Shown here one piece after another: positions 1 to 7,997 of a DNA stretch of 64,000 bases. The DNA is from Gemmatimonadota bacterium (GTDB lineage Bacteria; Gemmatimonadota; Gemmatimonadetes; Palauibacterales; Palauibacteraceae). Within the stretch, counting starts at the first letter, position 1, and each line of letters starts with the position of its first letter. The notes beneath the pieces were generated by a model. That model had not been told where the DNA came from. It saw only the letters and a program-made list of their open reading frames with translations, and did no database searches. The translations under genes were made by a program, and so were the position numbers. Where the stretch lies: the NCBI GenBank assembly GCA_965116475.1, contig OZ220691.1, positions 3,008,001 to 3,072,000 of the forward strand, in the 5' to 3' direction.

Positions 1-1
1 C

Positions 2-871
2 GGCGCAAAATTCGTCGTGGACCGGATCGTGTCGATGATTCGCGAAGTGGCCCGCGATGCCGCGCGCGAGGGCGGATTCGGGGAGGACGCGATCGTGGGG
101 GTCGGGATGGGGGCGCCCGGGCCGCTGGACCGCGAGACGGGCACGGTGATCGAGACGCCGAACCTCGGGTGGCGGAACTTCCCGCTGCGCGACCTGATCG
201 CGAAGGGGACGGGACTCGACGCCGAACTCGACAACGACGCGAACGCCGCCACGCTCGGGGAGTGGTGGCGGGGCGCGGGGCGCGGGGTCGACAACCTCGT
301 GGGCATCACTCTGGGGACGGGGATCGGGGGCGGCATCGTACTCGACGGCGAACTCTACCACGGGGCCTCGGATGCGGCCGCGGAGATCGGACACATGACG
401 ATCGACTCCACGGGGCGGAAGTGCGCGTGCGGCAGCTACGGTTGCCTCGAAGCCTACGCTTCGGGGCCCGCGATCGCGGCCCGCGCGGTGGAAGGACTGG
501 AGGCGGGTGCCGAGAGCATGCTCCTGGACCTGGTGGACGGCGACCTGCGGGCGGTTACGGCCGAAGCGGTATCCGATGCCATCGTAGCGGGCGACCAGTA
601 TGCCGCCGACGTGATGCGGGAGACGGCGGGGTATCTCGGGACCGGCCTCGCGAACCTCATCAACATTCTCAACCCGGAGATGATCGTGGTTTCCGGGGGC
701 GTGACGCGCGCGGGCAAGCACCTCTTCGATCCCCTGCGCCGCGAGGTCAGGAAGCGGGCGCTGCAGCCGGCGGCCGAGGCGTGCCGGATCGTGCGCACCG
801 AACTCGGTGGCCTGGCGGGCGTCATCGGCGCCGCCGCCGTGTTCCGCGTCGCGCGGCTCGGACCCCTCTGA
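2..871 (+). CDS. ROK family sugar kinase (glucokinase-like), 5' end outside the window
   Basis: GVGMGAPG, LDNDANAA, TLGTGIGGG, EIGH and CACGSYGCLE (Zn) ROK motifs; the frame is open from position 2. Confidence 0.93.
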   Translation, partial: GAKFVVDRIVSMIREVARDAAREGGFGEDAIVGVGMGAPGPLDRETGTVIETPNLGWRNFPLRDLIAKGTGLDAELDNDANAATLGEWWRGAGRGVDNLVGITLGTGIGGGIVLDGELYHGASDAAAEIGHMTIDSTGRKCACGSYGCLEAYASGPAIAARAVEGLEAGAESMLLDLVDGDLRAVTAEAVSDAIVAGDQYAADVMRETAGYLGTGLANLINILNPEMIVVSGGVTRAGKHLFDPLRREVRKRALQPAAEACRIVRTELGGLAGVIGAAAVFRVARLGPL

Positions 872-878
872 GCGCCGA

Positions 879-1904
879 ATGCCGCGGCTCGGCGTCGTAG
901 GGACGATGGTGTGGGATACGATCCGCGCACGGGACGTCGGCCGGGACGGTCCGGTCGAGGAATGGGGAGGGATCGCCTACGCGCTGGCCGCGGCCGACGC
1001 CGCCGCGGCAGCTGCCGGGGAAGGCTGGACCCTGTTTCCGATTCTCAAGGTCGGGAAGGACATGCGAGAGGCGGCGGACCTCTTCCTCGGGGGGCTCGCA
1101 CGCGTCGATTCCTTTGACGGCGTGTGGACCGTGGCGGAACCGAACAACCGGGTCGAACTCATCTACCTGGACGACGCGCGGCGCTCCGAGAAGCTCACCG
1201 GCGGCGTGCCGGGCTGGACCCGCGACGAACTCGTGCCCCTCGCACGCTCGTGCGACGCGATCTACGTGAACTTCATCGCGGGTTGGGAGGTCGACCTCCC
1301 GGCCGCCGCGGCCCTGCGGACGGCGGCGGAGGGTCCGGTCTACGCGGATCTGCACTCGTTGATGCTCGGCGTGGGGGTGGACGGGGTGCGCTCGCCGCGT
1401 CCGCTCGAAGACTGGCGCGCCTGGCTCTCCTGTTTCGATGTCGTGCAACTGAACGAGGAGGAACTCGGCACGCTGGCGGCGGGCTGGGAAGATCCCTGGG
1501 CGCTTGCCGCGGACGTCGTGGGTCCGGTCACGCGCGGCCTCCTCGTCACGCTCGGCGAGCGCGGCGCCGCCTGGGTCGCGACCCGCAGCTTCTGGGAGGC
1601 GCCGACGGAGCCGCGCCCGCCGCCCGGCGCCGTGGCGCCCGCGGAAGCGCTCGTGAGCGGAAAGGTGGAGCCCGAGGTCCGGGTGTCGGGGGGTGACCCG
1701 ACCGGCTGCGGCGACGTGTGGGGGGCGACGTGCTTCGTGACGATGCTGAGCGGCGAGGATCTCGAGTCGTCCGTCCGGGCGGCGACGCGGGCCGCGCAAC
1801 GGAACGCCGGATTCCGCGGCGCATCCGGGCTCGGCGAATACCTGCGCTCCGAGACCGGCGTCCTCACGGGCGGGGCGGGGAGCCGGGAGCGGGGGTCGAC
1901 GTGA
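879..1904 (+). CDS. PfkB/ribokinase family carbohydrate kinase
   Basis: N-terminal GVVGTMVWD, QLNEEE, VTLGERGA and the C-terminal DPTGCGD signature; ATG 879 chosen over the longer ORF start. Confidence 0.85.
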   Translation: MPRLGVVGTMVWDTIRARDVGRDGPVEEWGGIAYALAAADAAAAAAGEGWTLFPILKVGKDMREAADLFLGGLARVDSFDGVWTVAEPNNRVELIYLDDARRSEKLTGGVPGWTRDELVPLARSCDAIYVNFIAGWEVDLPAAAALRTAAEGPVYADLHSLMLGVGVDGVRSPRPLEDWRAWLSCFDVVQLNEEELGTLAAGWEDPWALAADVVGPVTRGLLVTLGERGAAWVATRSFWEAPTEPRPPPGAVAPAEALVSGKVEPEVRVSGGDPTGCGDVWGATCFVTMLSGEDLESSVRAATRAAQRNAGFRGASGLGEYLRSETGVLTGGAGSRERGST

Positions 1905-2803
1905 GCCGGGTCGTCCGCGTCCCCGAACGTCTGGACGAGTCGTCCTTCGAGACGCTGGTCCGGCGCATCCGCTCGGAAGGCAACCCGAAGGCGCGTCTCC
2001 TGCTCGATGCCCGCTCCGTCGGCTGGGTGTCGCCGTACGGGCTCATCGGCCTCCTGGCGGTCGGTCAGGAGGCGCGCCTGCGCACGGGGCTGCCTCCGCT
2101 GATCGAGCCTCCGCGGGACTCCGAGGTCCGCTCCTACATCAACCGCATGCGCTTCTGGCCCGCCGCCGCCCAGGTGTTCGACCTGAAGCGGCTGCCGAAG
2201 CCGTCGCTCGAGATCTCCGACGCCCTCATCGAAGTCACGACGATCCGCTCCCACGAGGATGTCCATTCCGTCGTGGAGGGCGTGCGGGACCGGGCCCAGC
2301 GCATCCTGCACGACCGGCTCGGCTACCCCCGGCCGGCCGTGATCCACTTCTCCGTCATGCTGTCGGAAGTGTGCCAGAACATCCTCGAACACGCCGATTC
2401 GATCGGCTGGGTGTGTGCGCAGCGGTACAGGTGGCAGCGGCGTCTCGGCCGCGATGTCGTCGTGCTCGCCGTGATGGACGTGGGCGTCGGCTTCGAGGGC
2501 TCCCTGGGCGCCGAGCATGCGCGCCGCTACGGAGAGCGATGGTCCGCGGCCGCGGCGCTGAAGGCGGCCTTTCTGCACGGGGAGTCGCGCTTCCCGGATC
2601 CCGGTCGCGGCCAGGGCCTGCAGGCGATCCGAAGCCAGATCATCAAGTGGAACGGCGCCATCCGCATCCGGAGCGGCGATGCGAGTATCGCCAGGGTGGC
2701 CGACTGGGACGAAGGCGAGCCGCTCAGCACGGACCTGCCGCGTTTTCCCGGCGCTCAGGTGCTGATCGTCCTGCCCGAGCGGGTCGAGGGAGAAAGGACG
2801 TGA
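1901..2803 (+). CDS. STAS-like domain fused to a GHKL/HATPase_c (RsbW/SpoIIAB-like) ATPase/kinase domain
   Basis: N-terminal LLLDARSVGWVSPYGLIGLL (STAS-like); N-box SEVCQNILEHA, G1 MDVGVG, G2 GRGQGL, terminal FPGAQV; GTG overlaps the upstream TGA. Confidence 0.75.
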   Translation: MSRVVRVPERLDESSFETLVRRIRSEGNPKARLLLDARSVGWVSPYGLIGLLAVGQEARLRTGLPPLIEPPRDSEVRSYINRMRFWPAAAQVFDLKRLPKPSLEISDALIEVTTIRSHEDVHSVVEGVRDRAQRILHDRLGYPRPAVIHFSVMLSEVCQNILEHADSIGWVCAQRYRWQRRLGRDVVVLAVMDVGVGFEGSLGAEHARRYGERWSAAAALKAAFLHGESRFPDPGRGQGLQAIRSQIIKWNGAIRIRSGDASIARVADWDEGEPLSTDLPRFPGAQVLIVLPERVEGERT

Positions 2804-2807
2804 TCGG

Positions 2808-3383
2808 GTGAGGCCGGCGGTCGCCCACACGACGCTGTTCAGCTACCTCGTGACGCGTCCCACCGGCCGGACGGTGCGGGCGACGGTCGAACGCCAGATC
2901 GCCGACGCGGGGTGCACCGTTCTTGCGGTACTCGACCTGCGCCACGTCCCCGTGATCGACTTTTCCTGCGCGGACGAGATCGTCGCGAAGCTCGTCCTGC
3001 TCGCGTCCGATGCCTCTGCGCGCCGGTCGTTCATCCTCTTCCGCGGGATCGCGGAGCACCACTTCGGACCCATCGACTCGGTTCTCCGGCACCGGGGGCT
3101 TGCGGCCGCGGCCGAGAGTGCCGACGGGGAACCGTTGCTGATGGGCGTGCTCGATGCCGGCGCCACCGCGGTGTGGCGCGAGGTCTGGAGTCTGGGCCGC
3201 ACGGGAGCGTCCCCGCTCGCCGACCGGCTCGAACTTCCCCTCGACCTGGTACGCGGGCTGCTCGATGACCTTGTCGCCAGAGCGCTCGTGATCCGGGACG
3301 GCGAGCGTTACGTCTCGCTTCGTCACGCCCTGCTCGATGCGGAGCCGCCATCTCCTCCTCGCACGGACGACCCGCACCCATGA
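2808..3383 (+). CDS. STAS-like (DUF4325-like) domain plus C-terminal winged helix-turn-helix
   Basis: LVTRPTG...VLDLRHVPVIDFSCADEIV STAS-like motif; ASPLADRLELPLDLVRGLLDDLVARALV wHTH-like pattern; SD GAAAGGA upstream of GTG. Confidence 0.65.
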   Translation: MRPAVAHTTLFSYLVTRPTGRTVRATVERQIADAGCTVLAVLDLRHVPVIDFSCADEIVAKLVLLASDASARRSFILFRGIAEHHFGPIDSVLRHRGLAAAAESADGEPLLMGVLDAGATAVWREVWSLGRTGASPLADRLELPLDLVRGLLDDLVARALVIRDGERYVSLRHALLDAEPPSPPRTDDPHP

Positions 3384-5779
3384 GCCTTCGGCGCCGCGCC
3401 GGTGTCGTGCTGGCGGCCGGCCTCGTGATCGTGGGGGCCCTCACGACGTTTGCGTGGTTCCACCTCCAGCGATCCATGCAGGCGAGATCCGGCCGGCATG
3501 TCCTCCCGGGTCTGGCGGCACCCGCCGCGGTCACATTCGACGAGTGGGCGATTCCCTCCATCTCCGCCGGCACCGAACTCGACGTCCTGCGCGTTCAGGG
3601 GTTCGTACACGCCTCCGACCGGTTGTGGCAGATGGAGCTCTTCCAGCGGGTCGCGCGCGGACGCCTGGCCGAACTCTTCGGTCCGGCCGCCCTCGACGCG
3701 GACCGTCTCATGCGTACCCTGGACCTCTGGTCGGCGGCGGGCCGTGAACTCGACGCCATGGCGGAGACGGAGCGGGCCCTCCTCGAGGCGTACGCGGAGG
3801 GCGTCAACGCCCGCATCGCGAGCTGGCGTGGCCCCCGGCCCCCCGAGTTCCTCATCCTCGGCATCGAACCGCAGCCCTGGAGTCCGCAGGCGTCCCTTTC
3901 GATCGGGCGCATCATGTCGCTGGATCTCTCCGACTGGCGGGAGGAACTCGACCGGATGACCGCGCTCGCGACGCTCGACGCGGATCACCGGCGGGCGCTC
4001 GGGGCCGGATACCCGGCCTGGGGGCCCACCATCCTCCAGGACACGCTTCCCTCCGGCACGCCGCCGCCGCGCCTCGCCTCGGCGGAGACTCCGATTCTTC
4101 CGGATCCGAGCGTCGCGGTTTCGTCTCCCGACCCTCTGATCCAACTCTCCCGCTTCGGCTTCCACGCCTCGAACTCCTGGGCGCTGGCGGGATCGCGCAC
4201 GGCGGACGGCGCCCCGCTGCTCGCCAACGACATGCACCTCGCCCTCCGGGCGCCCTCCACCTGGTACCTGAACTCCCTCGCGGCCGAGGATTCGGACCTG
4301 GCCGTCGCGGGCCTCTCGATCCCGGGCACCCCCGGCGTCATCGTCGGACTCAACCGGGATGTCGCATGGTCGTTCACGAACGCGATGGTGGACGACGCGG
4401 ACTTCGTCGTGGAAGGCATCAACCTCGACGGGTCGATGTATCGCGACTCCGGCGACTGGCGGCCCTTCGAGACCCGGACGGAGGAGATCCGCGTACGGGG
4501 GCGCGGCGAGCCGGAAAGCTGGGTCGTACGTTCGACCGCGCGCGGCCCGGTGATCACGGACGTCGTGCCGGCGGGAGGACTCACGCTGTCGCTGCTGTGG
4601 ACGGGACTCGAACCCGGGGGCCCCTTCGCGGCGCTCCTCGAGATGAACCGTGCCTCCGACGCGGACGCGTTCGTGGCCGCGGTCGCGGGTTTTCGTTCGC
4701 CTCACCAGAACGTGATCTACGCGGCGTCGAGCGGAGAGATCGGCTACCGCATGGCGGGGTCCGTGCCCCTGCGCCCGCCTGGGGAGGGTGCCTCCCCGAT
4801 CTCCTTCGAGCGCCTGCCCGCCGGCTGGCCGGGCTTCTGGCCGCCGGAAGCGATGCCCGTGCTGCGAGATCCGGAGCGGGGGTATCTCGTCAGCGCGAAC
4901 AACCTCCAGGCGTGGCCCCTGTTCGGACGAATAGGCGTCTACTATCCGCCGCCGTTCCGGGCGCGGCGCATCGATGACCTCGTGTCTCGCGCATCGGGCT
5001 GGACGGTGGAGGACATGCGCAGGACGCAACTGGACAGCCACAGCCTCTGGGCCGAGCGCTACCGGCCGCGCGCCGTCCGCGCCGCCCGCCGGGCGGGCCT
5101 CGATTCACTCGGGCTCGTGTTCGAGCGCTGGGACCTGCGTACCGAAACGGAGTCTCGGGGCGCCGTGCCCTTCTTCACCTGGCTCTACCGCCTTCGCGAA
5201 CTCATCGTCGCCGACGAGTACGATGACGGCGACGGGTGGTTCCCGGATCTCGCCTTCATGGAGATCGTCGAAACCGGCGACAGCGCCTGGATCGACGATG
5301 CGCGCACGCCGGAAGTCGAGCGCCTCGAGGCGCTGGAAGAAGAGGCGGCTCGCACTGCGGCGACCGTGGCGGGACGTTCGTGGGGAGAGGTCCATCGCGA
5401 ACGGTCGGCTCACCCGCTCGGAACCGTGGCGTGGCTCGACCGCCTGTTCGGTTTCCACGTCGGGCCCTATCCGTCGCGGGGCGGCCCCCACACGGTTCGC
5501 CCCGACGCTCCGTCGCTGAGATCGCGCCTCGACTCCACCGCGTGGAAGTTCCCCGTCGTGAGCGAATACGGCCCCAGCGCGAGATTCATTGCCCGCGCCG
5601 CGCCGGCCAACATGACGGGCTATTTCCTGCTGCCCACCGGCCAGGCCGGGAACCCGCTCGATCCGCACTATCGGGACATGGGCGCCGTGTGGACCGGGAG
5701 TCCGCTCATCGAACTCCGCCCGGGCCGGCCGTCCGCCACGGCGGAAGGCGAACTCCTTTTTCGGCCTGGCTCTCGTTGA
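3380..5779 (+). CDS. Penicillin acylase family Ntn-hydrolase (S45) with N-terminal membrane anchor/signal
   Basis: FDEWAIPSI, GFVHASDRLWQME, beta-chain start ASNSWALAGSRT, LLANDMHL, SANN, PTGQAGNP; ATGA overlap with the upstream gene. Confidence 0.93.
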   Translation: MSLRRRAGVVLAAGLVIVGALTTFAWFHLQRSMQARSGRHVLPGLAAPAAVTFDEWAIPSISAGTELDVLRVQGFVHASDRLWQMELFQRVARGRLAELFGPAALDADRLMRTLDLWSAAGRELDAMAETERALLEAYAEGVNARIASWRGPRPPEFLILGIEPQPWSPQASLSIGRIMSLDLSDWREELDRMTALATLDADHRRALGAGYPAWGPTILQDTLPSGTPPPRLASAETPILPDPSVAVSSPDPLIQLSRFGFHASNSWALAGSRTADGAPLLANDMHLALRAPSTWYLNSLAAEDSDLAVAGLSIPGTPGVIVGLNRDVAWSFTNAMVDDADFVVEGINLDGSMYRDSGDWRPFETRTEEIRVRGRGEPESWVVRSTARGPVITDVVPAGGLTLSLLWTGLEPGGPFAALLEMNRASDADAFVAAVAGFRSPHQNVIYAASSGEIGYRMAGSVPLRPPGEGASPISFERLPAGWPGFWPPEAMPVLRDPERGYLVSANNLQAWPLFGRIGVYYPPPFRARRIDDLVSRASGWTVEDMRRTQLDSHSLWAERYRPRAVRAARRAGLDSLGLVFERWDLRTETESRGAVPFFTWLYRLRELIVADEYDDGDGWFPDLAFMEIVETGDSAWIDDARTPEVERLEALEEEAARTAATVAGRSWGEVHRERSAHPLGTVAWLDRLFGFHVGPYPSRGGPHTVRPDAPSLRSRLDSTAWKFPVVSEYGPSARFIARAAPANMTGYFLLPTGQAGNPLDPHYRDMGAVWTGSPLIELRPGRPSATAEGELLFRPGSR

Positions 5780-5804
5780 CCGCCGGACGGTGGAATCCTA
5801 CCTT
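5776..5804 (+). promoter_or_regulatory. sigma70-type promoter for the nifU-like/apbC pair
   Basis: TTGACC (5776-5781), 17-nt spacer, TACCTT (5799-5804). Confidence 0.6.
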
Positions 5805-5886
5805 CCTCAAGCCCTCCGGAACGTCGACTTCGGGGTATCCGCGGGGCACGAAACGCTCCGCTGACCCGCGCCAGGATCCAGACGAT

Positions 5887-6138
5887 TTGAGCACCGCCAC
5901 CGTTGAGAATGCGCTCGACGAGATCGAGAGAGCCCTCGACGACATCCGTCCCGCGGTGCGTTCGGATGGCGGCGACATTCAGCTCGTTTCGTTCGACGCG
6001 GAGAGCGGCCGCGTTGCCGTCCGGCTGGTAGGGGCCTGCTACGACTGTCCCATGTCGACCGCCACGCTTCGTGCCGGGATCGAACAGCATCTCTGCCATG
6101 CGCTCCGCACGGTCCATTCCGTCGAGGCCGTCGCGTAG
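5887..6138 (+). CDS. NifU C-terminal (Nfu-type) Fe-S carrier protein
   Basis: IRPAVRSDGGDIQLV and LVGACYDCPMSTATLRAGIE (CxxC) motifs; start uncertain, TTG 5887 chosen. Confidence 0.88.
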   Translation: MSTATVENALDEIERALDDIRPAVRSDGGDIQLVSFDAESGRVAVRLVGACYDCPMSTATLRAGIEQHLCHALRTVHSVEAVA

Positions 6139-6152
6139 TCGAGCGCCAACCC

Positions 6153-7070
6153 GTGTCCGACACACCGACCCGCGGCCCACGGCCGCTTCCGATCATGGAC
6201 CCCGCGCCCCAGCGTTCCGGGCCGCCGCCAAGGGGGGACGACAGGGACGCGGCGAGACGCCACCCCTCGCAGGCGCCACCCATGCCGGGCGTGGGTCGCG
6301 TCGTCGCCGTGAGTTCGGGCAAGGGCGGCGTCGGGAAATCCACGATCTCGACGAATCTTGCCTCGACCTGGAGCCGCCAGGGCCATCGCGTCGGACTGCT
6401 CGATGCCGATATCTACGGCCCGGACATCCCGACGATGTTCGGTATCCAGGAGAAGCCCCGGATCGACCGCGAAGAGGTCGTGCCCCTGGAGGCGCACGGG
6501 GTGAAGCTCATGAGCATCGGCTTCCTCATCGAGGAGGACGCGCCGGCGATCTGGCGCGGACCCATCATCATGGGCGTCATCCGCCAGTTCATCCAGCAGG
6601 TCGCCTGGGGCGAACTCGACTACCTCGTGATCGATCTGCCGCCGGGGACGGGCGACGCGCAGTTGTCGCTGTGTCAACTCGTGCGCGTGGACGGAGCGGT
6701 CATGGTGACCACGCCCCAGGACGTGGCGGTCGGTGGCGTGCTGCGCGGGATCCGGATGTTCGAGAAGCTCGAGGTGCCGGTCCTGGGCATCGTCGAGAAC
6801 ATGCGCGGCTTCGCGTGTCCCGGGTGTGGCGATACGCACGACATCTTCGGCGCGGGCGGCGGAGAGCGGCTCGCCGGCTCGATCGACGTGCCCTTCCTGG
6901 GCGCCGTGCCGCTCGGCGTGGCGGTTCGCGAGGAGAGCGATCGAGGCGTCCCGACGGCGATCGGAAGACCGGACGCACCGGAAGCCCGGGCCTTCGCTCG
7001 CATCGCGTCCGCGGCCGTCAGCCGACTGGAGGCCGTGGAGGCCTCACGGGAGGAATCAGCGGGCGGCTAG
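6153..7070 (+). CDS. apbC: Mrp/ApbC/NBP35 Fe-S cluster carrier ATPase
   Basis: SSGKGGVGKST, DADIYGP, WRGP, DYLVIDLPPGTGD, ENM..CPGC motifs. Confidence 0.93.
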   Translation: MSDTPTRGPRPLPIMDPAPQRSGPPPRGDDRDAARRHPSQAPPMPGVGRVVAVSSGKGGVGKSTISTNLASTWSRQGHRVGLLDADIYGPDIPTMFGIQEKPRIDREEVVPLEAHGVKLMSIGFLIEEDAPAIWRGPIIMGVIRQFIQQVAWGELDYLVIDLPPGTGDAQLSLCQLVRVDGAVMVTTPQDVAVGGVLRGIRMFEKLEVPVLGIVENMRGFACPGCGDTHDIFGAGGGERLAGSIDVPFLGAVPLGVAVREESDRGVPTAIGRPDAPEARAFARIASAAVSRLEAVEASREESAGG

Positions 7071-7073
7071 CTG

Positions 7074-7997
7074 CTAGTAGCCGTGCTCCACGGTGACGGA
7101 ACCGAGTCCGGCGACCAGCGCGACCTCCAGCCGCACGCGTGCCGTCTCCCAATTGGGACTGAGCCAGTAGTCTCCCACCTGCTCGAAGTTCGCCGCGCTC
7201 AGGGAGGCGAGTCCGCTGCGCCGCACCCGGACGCCGACATGCTCAGGAACCCGCATCAGGAGTTCGCCCAGCCCCATCCTGATCTCGGCCTCGGCGCTCG
7301 ATCGCCAGGATCCCGAGAAGTCCAGGACGACGTCGCCCACGAACCCGTAGAACTCCAGGCGCCGGAAGCGGGCGTTGCCGAGATTCTCGGCCGCGAAGGC
7401 CGCAGCGCCCGACTTGATGGACAGCAACTCCATCGGCGCGCGGTTCTCGCGGGCGAAACCGACCTCCACGTCGCCGGCGCCGGTGAGGAGTTCAAGCCTG
7501 GTTAGGCGGGCGTCGCCGAGGTTGAGACGCGCTCGTCCGGCACCGATCCCCAGGCGCAGATCCGTGGGCACCGAGGGGTTCAGGGACAGATCCAGCCTCC
7601 CGGACGCGTCCGCATCGCGGGGGAGGTCGTCGAGTTCGATCTCCATGTCGCCCCACCGCCCCTGGTCGGCATCGCGCCGGTCCTCCGGTGACGAGGAAGT
7701 AGTGAGCCGCAGGTGCCCCGTTCGACCCGCGCGACGCCATTCGCGATGGGGCAGGGAACGTTCGGCGTCGTAGCGGAGCCGCACGTCGTAGAGCAGTTGT
7801 GTCTCCGAGGCGGACACGTCGAGCCGCCCGCCTCCGTACATGAGTTCGATTTCCAGCGCTCCCACGTCGCCGACCTGGCGCGCCGAGCGGAAGTCCCGCC
7901 ACTCCTGCGCCGCGGCCGGCGCCATCCCCGCGCCGAGCAACAGCGAAACAAGCGCGACCGGCAGCGTCCGCGCGGCAGCTATCCGGGCATCAGGCAT
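7074..7997 (-). CDS. Secreted protein with LiaF/DUF2154-like (toast-rack beta-helix) repeats
   Basis: Signal peptide ending AAA-Q; repeated LxLxxGaGx.xLxL units (LRLGIGAGRARLNL, LELLTGAGDVEV, IRMGLGELLMRVP). Confidence 0.6.
   Translation of the reverse strand: MPDARIAAARTLPVALVSLLLGAGMAPAAAQEWRDFRSARQVGDVGALEIELMYGGGRLDVSASETQLLYDVRLRYDAERSLPHREWRRAGRTGHLRLTTSSSPEDRRDADQGRWGDMEIELDDLPRDADASGRLDLSLNPSVPTDLRLGIGAGRARLNLGDARLTRLELLTGAGDVEVGFARENRAPMELLSIKSGAAAFAAENLGNARFRRLEFYGFVGDVVLDFSGSWRSSAEAEIRMGLGELLMRVPEHVGVRVRRSGLASLSAANFEQVGDYWLSPNWETARVRLEVALVAGLGSVTVEHGY

Noticed and set aside
2800..2811. GTG-ATC-GGG-TGA mini-ORF bridging the GHKL and STAS-wHTH genes (possible frameshift)
   Set aside because: The downstream GTG at 2808 has its own well-spaced SD; no evidence that recoding is needed
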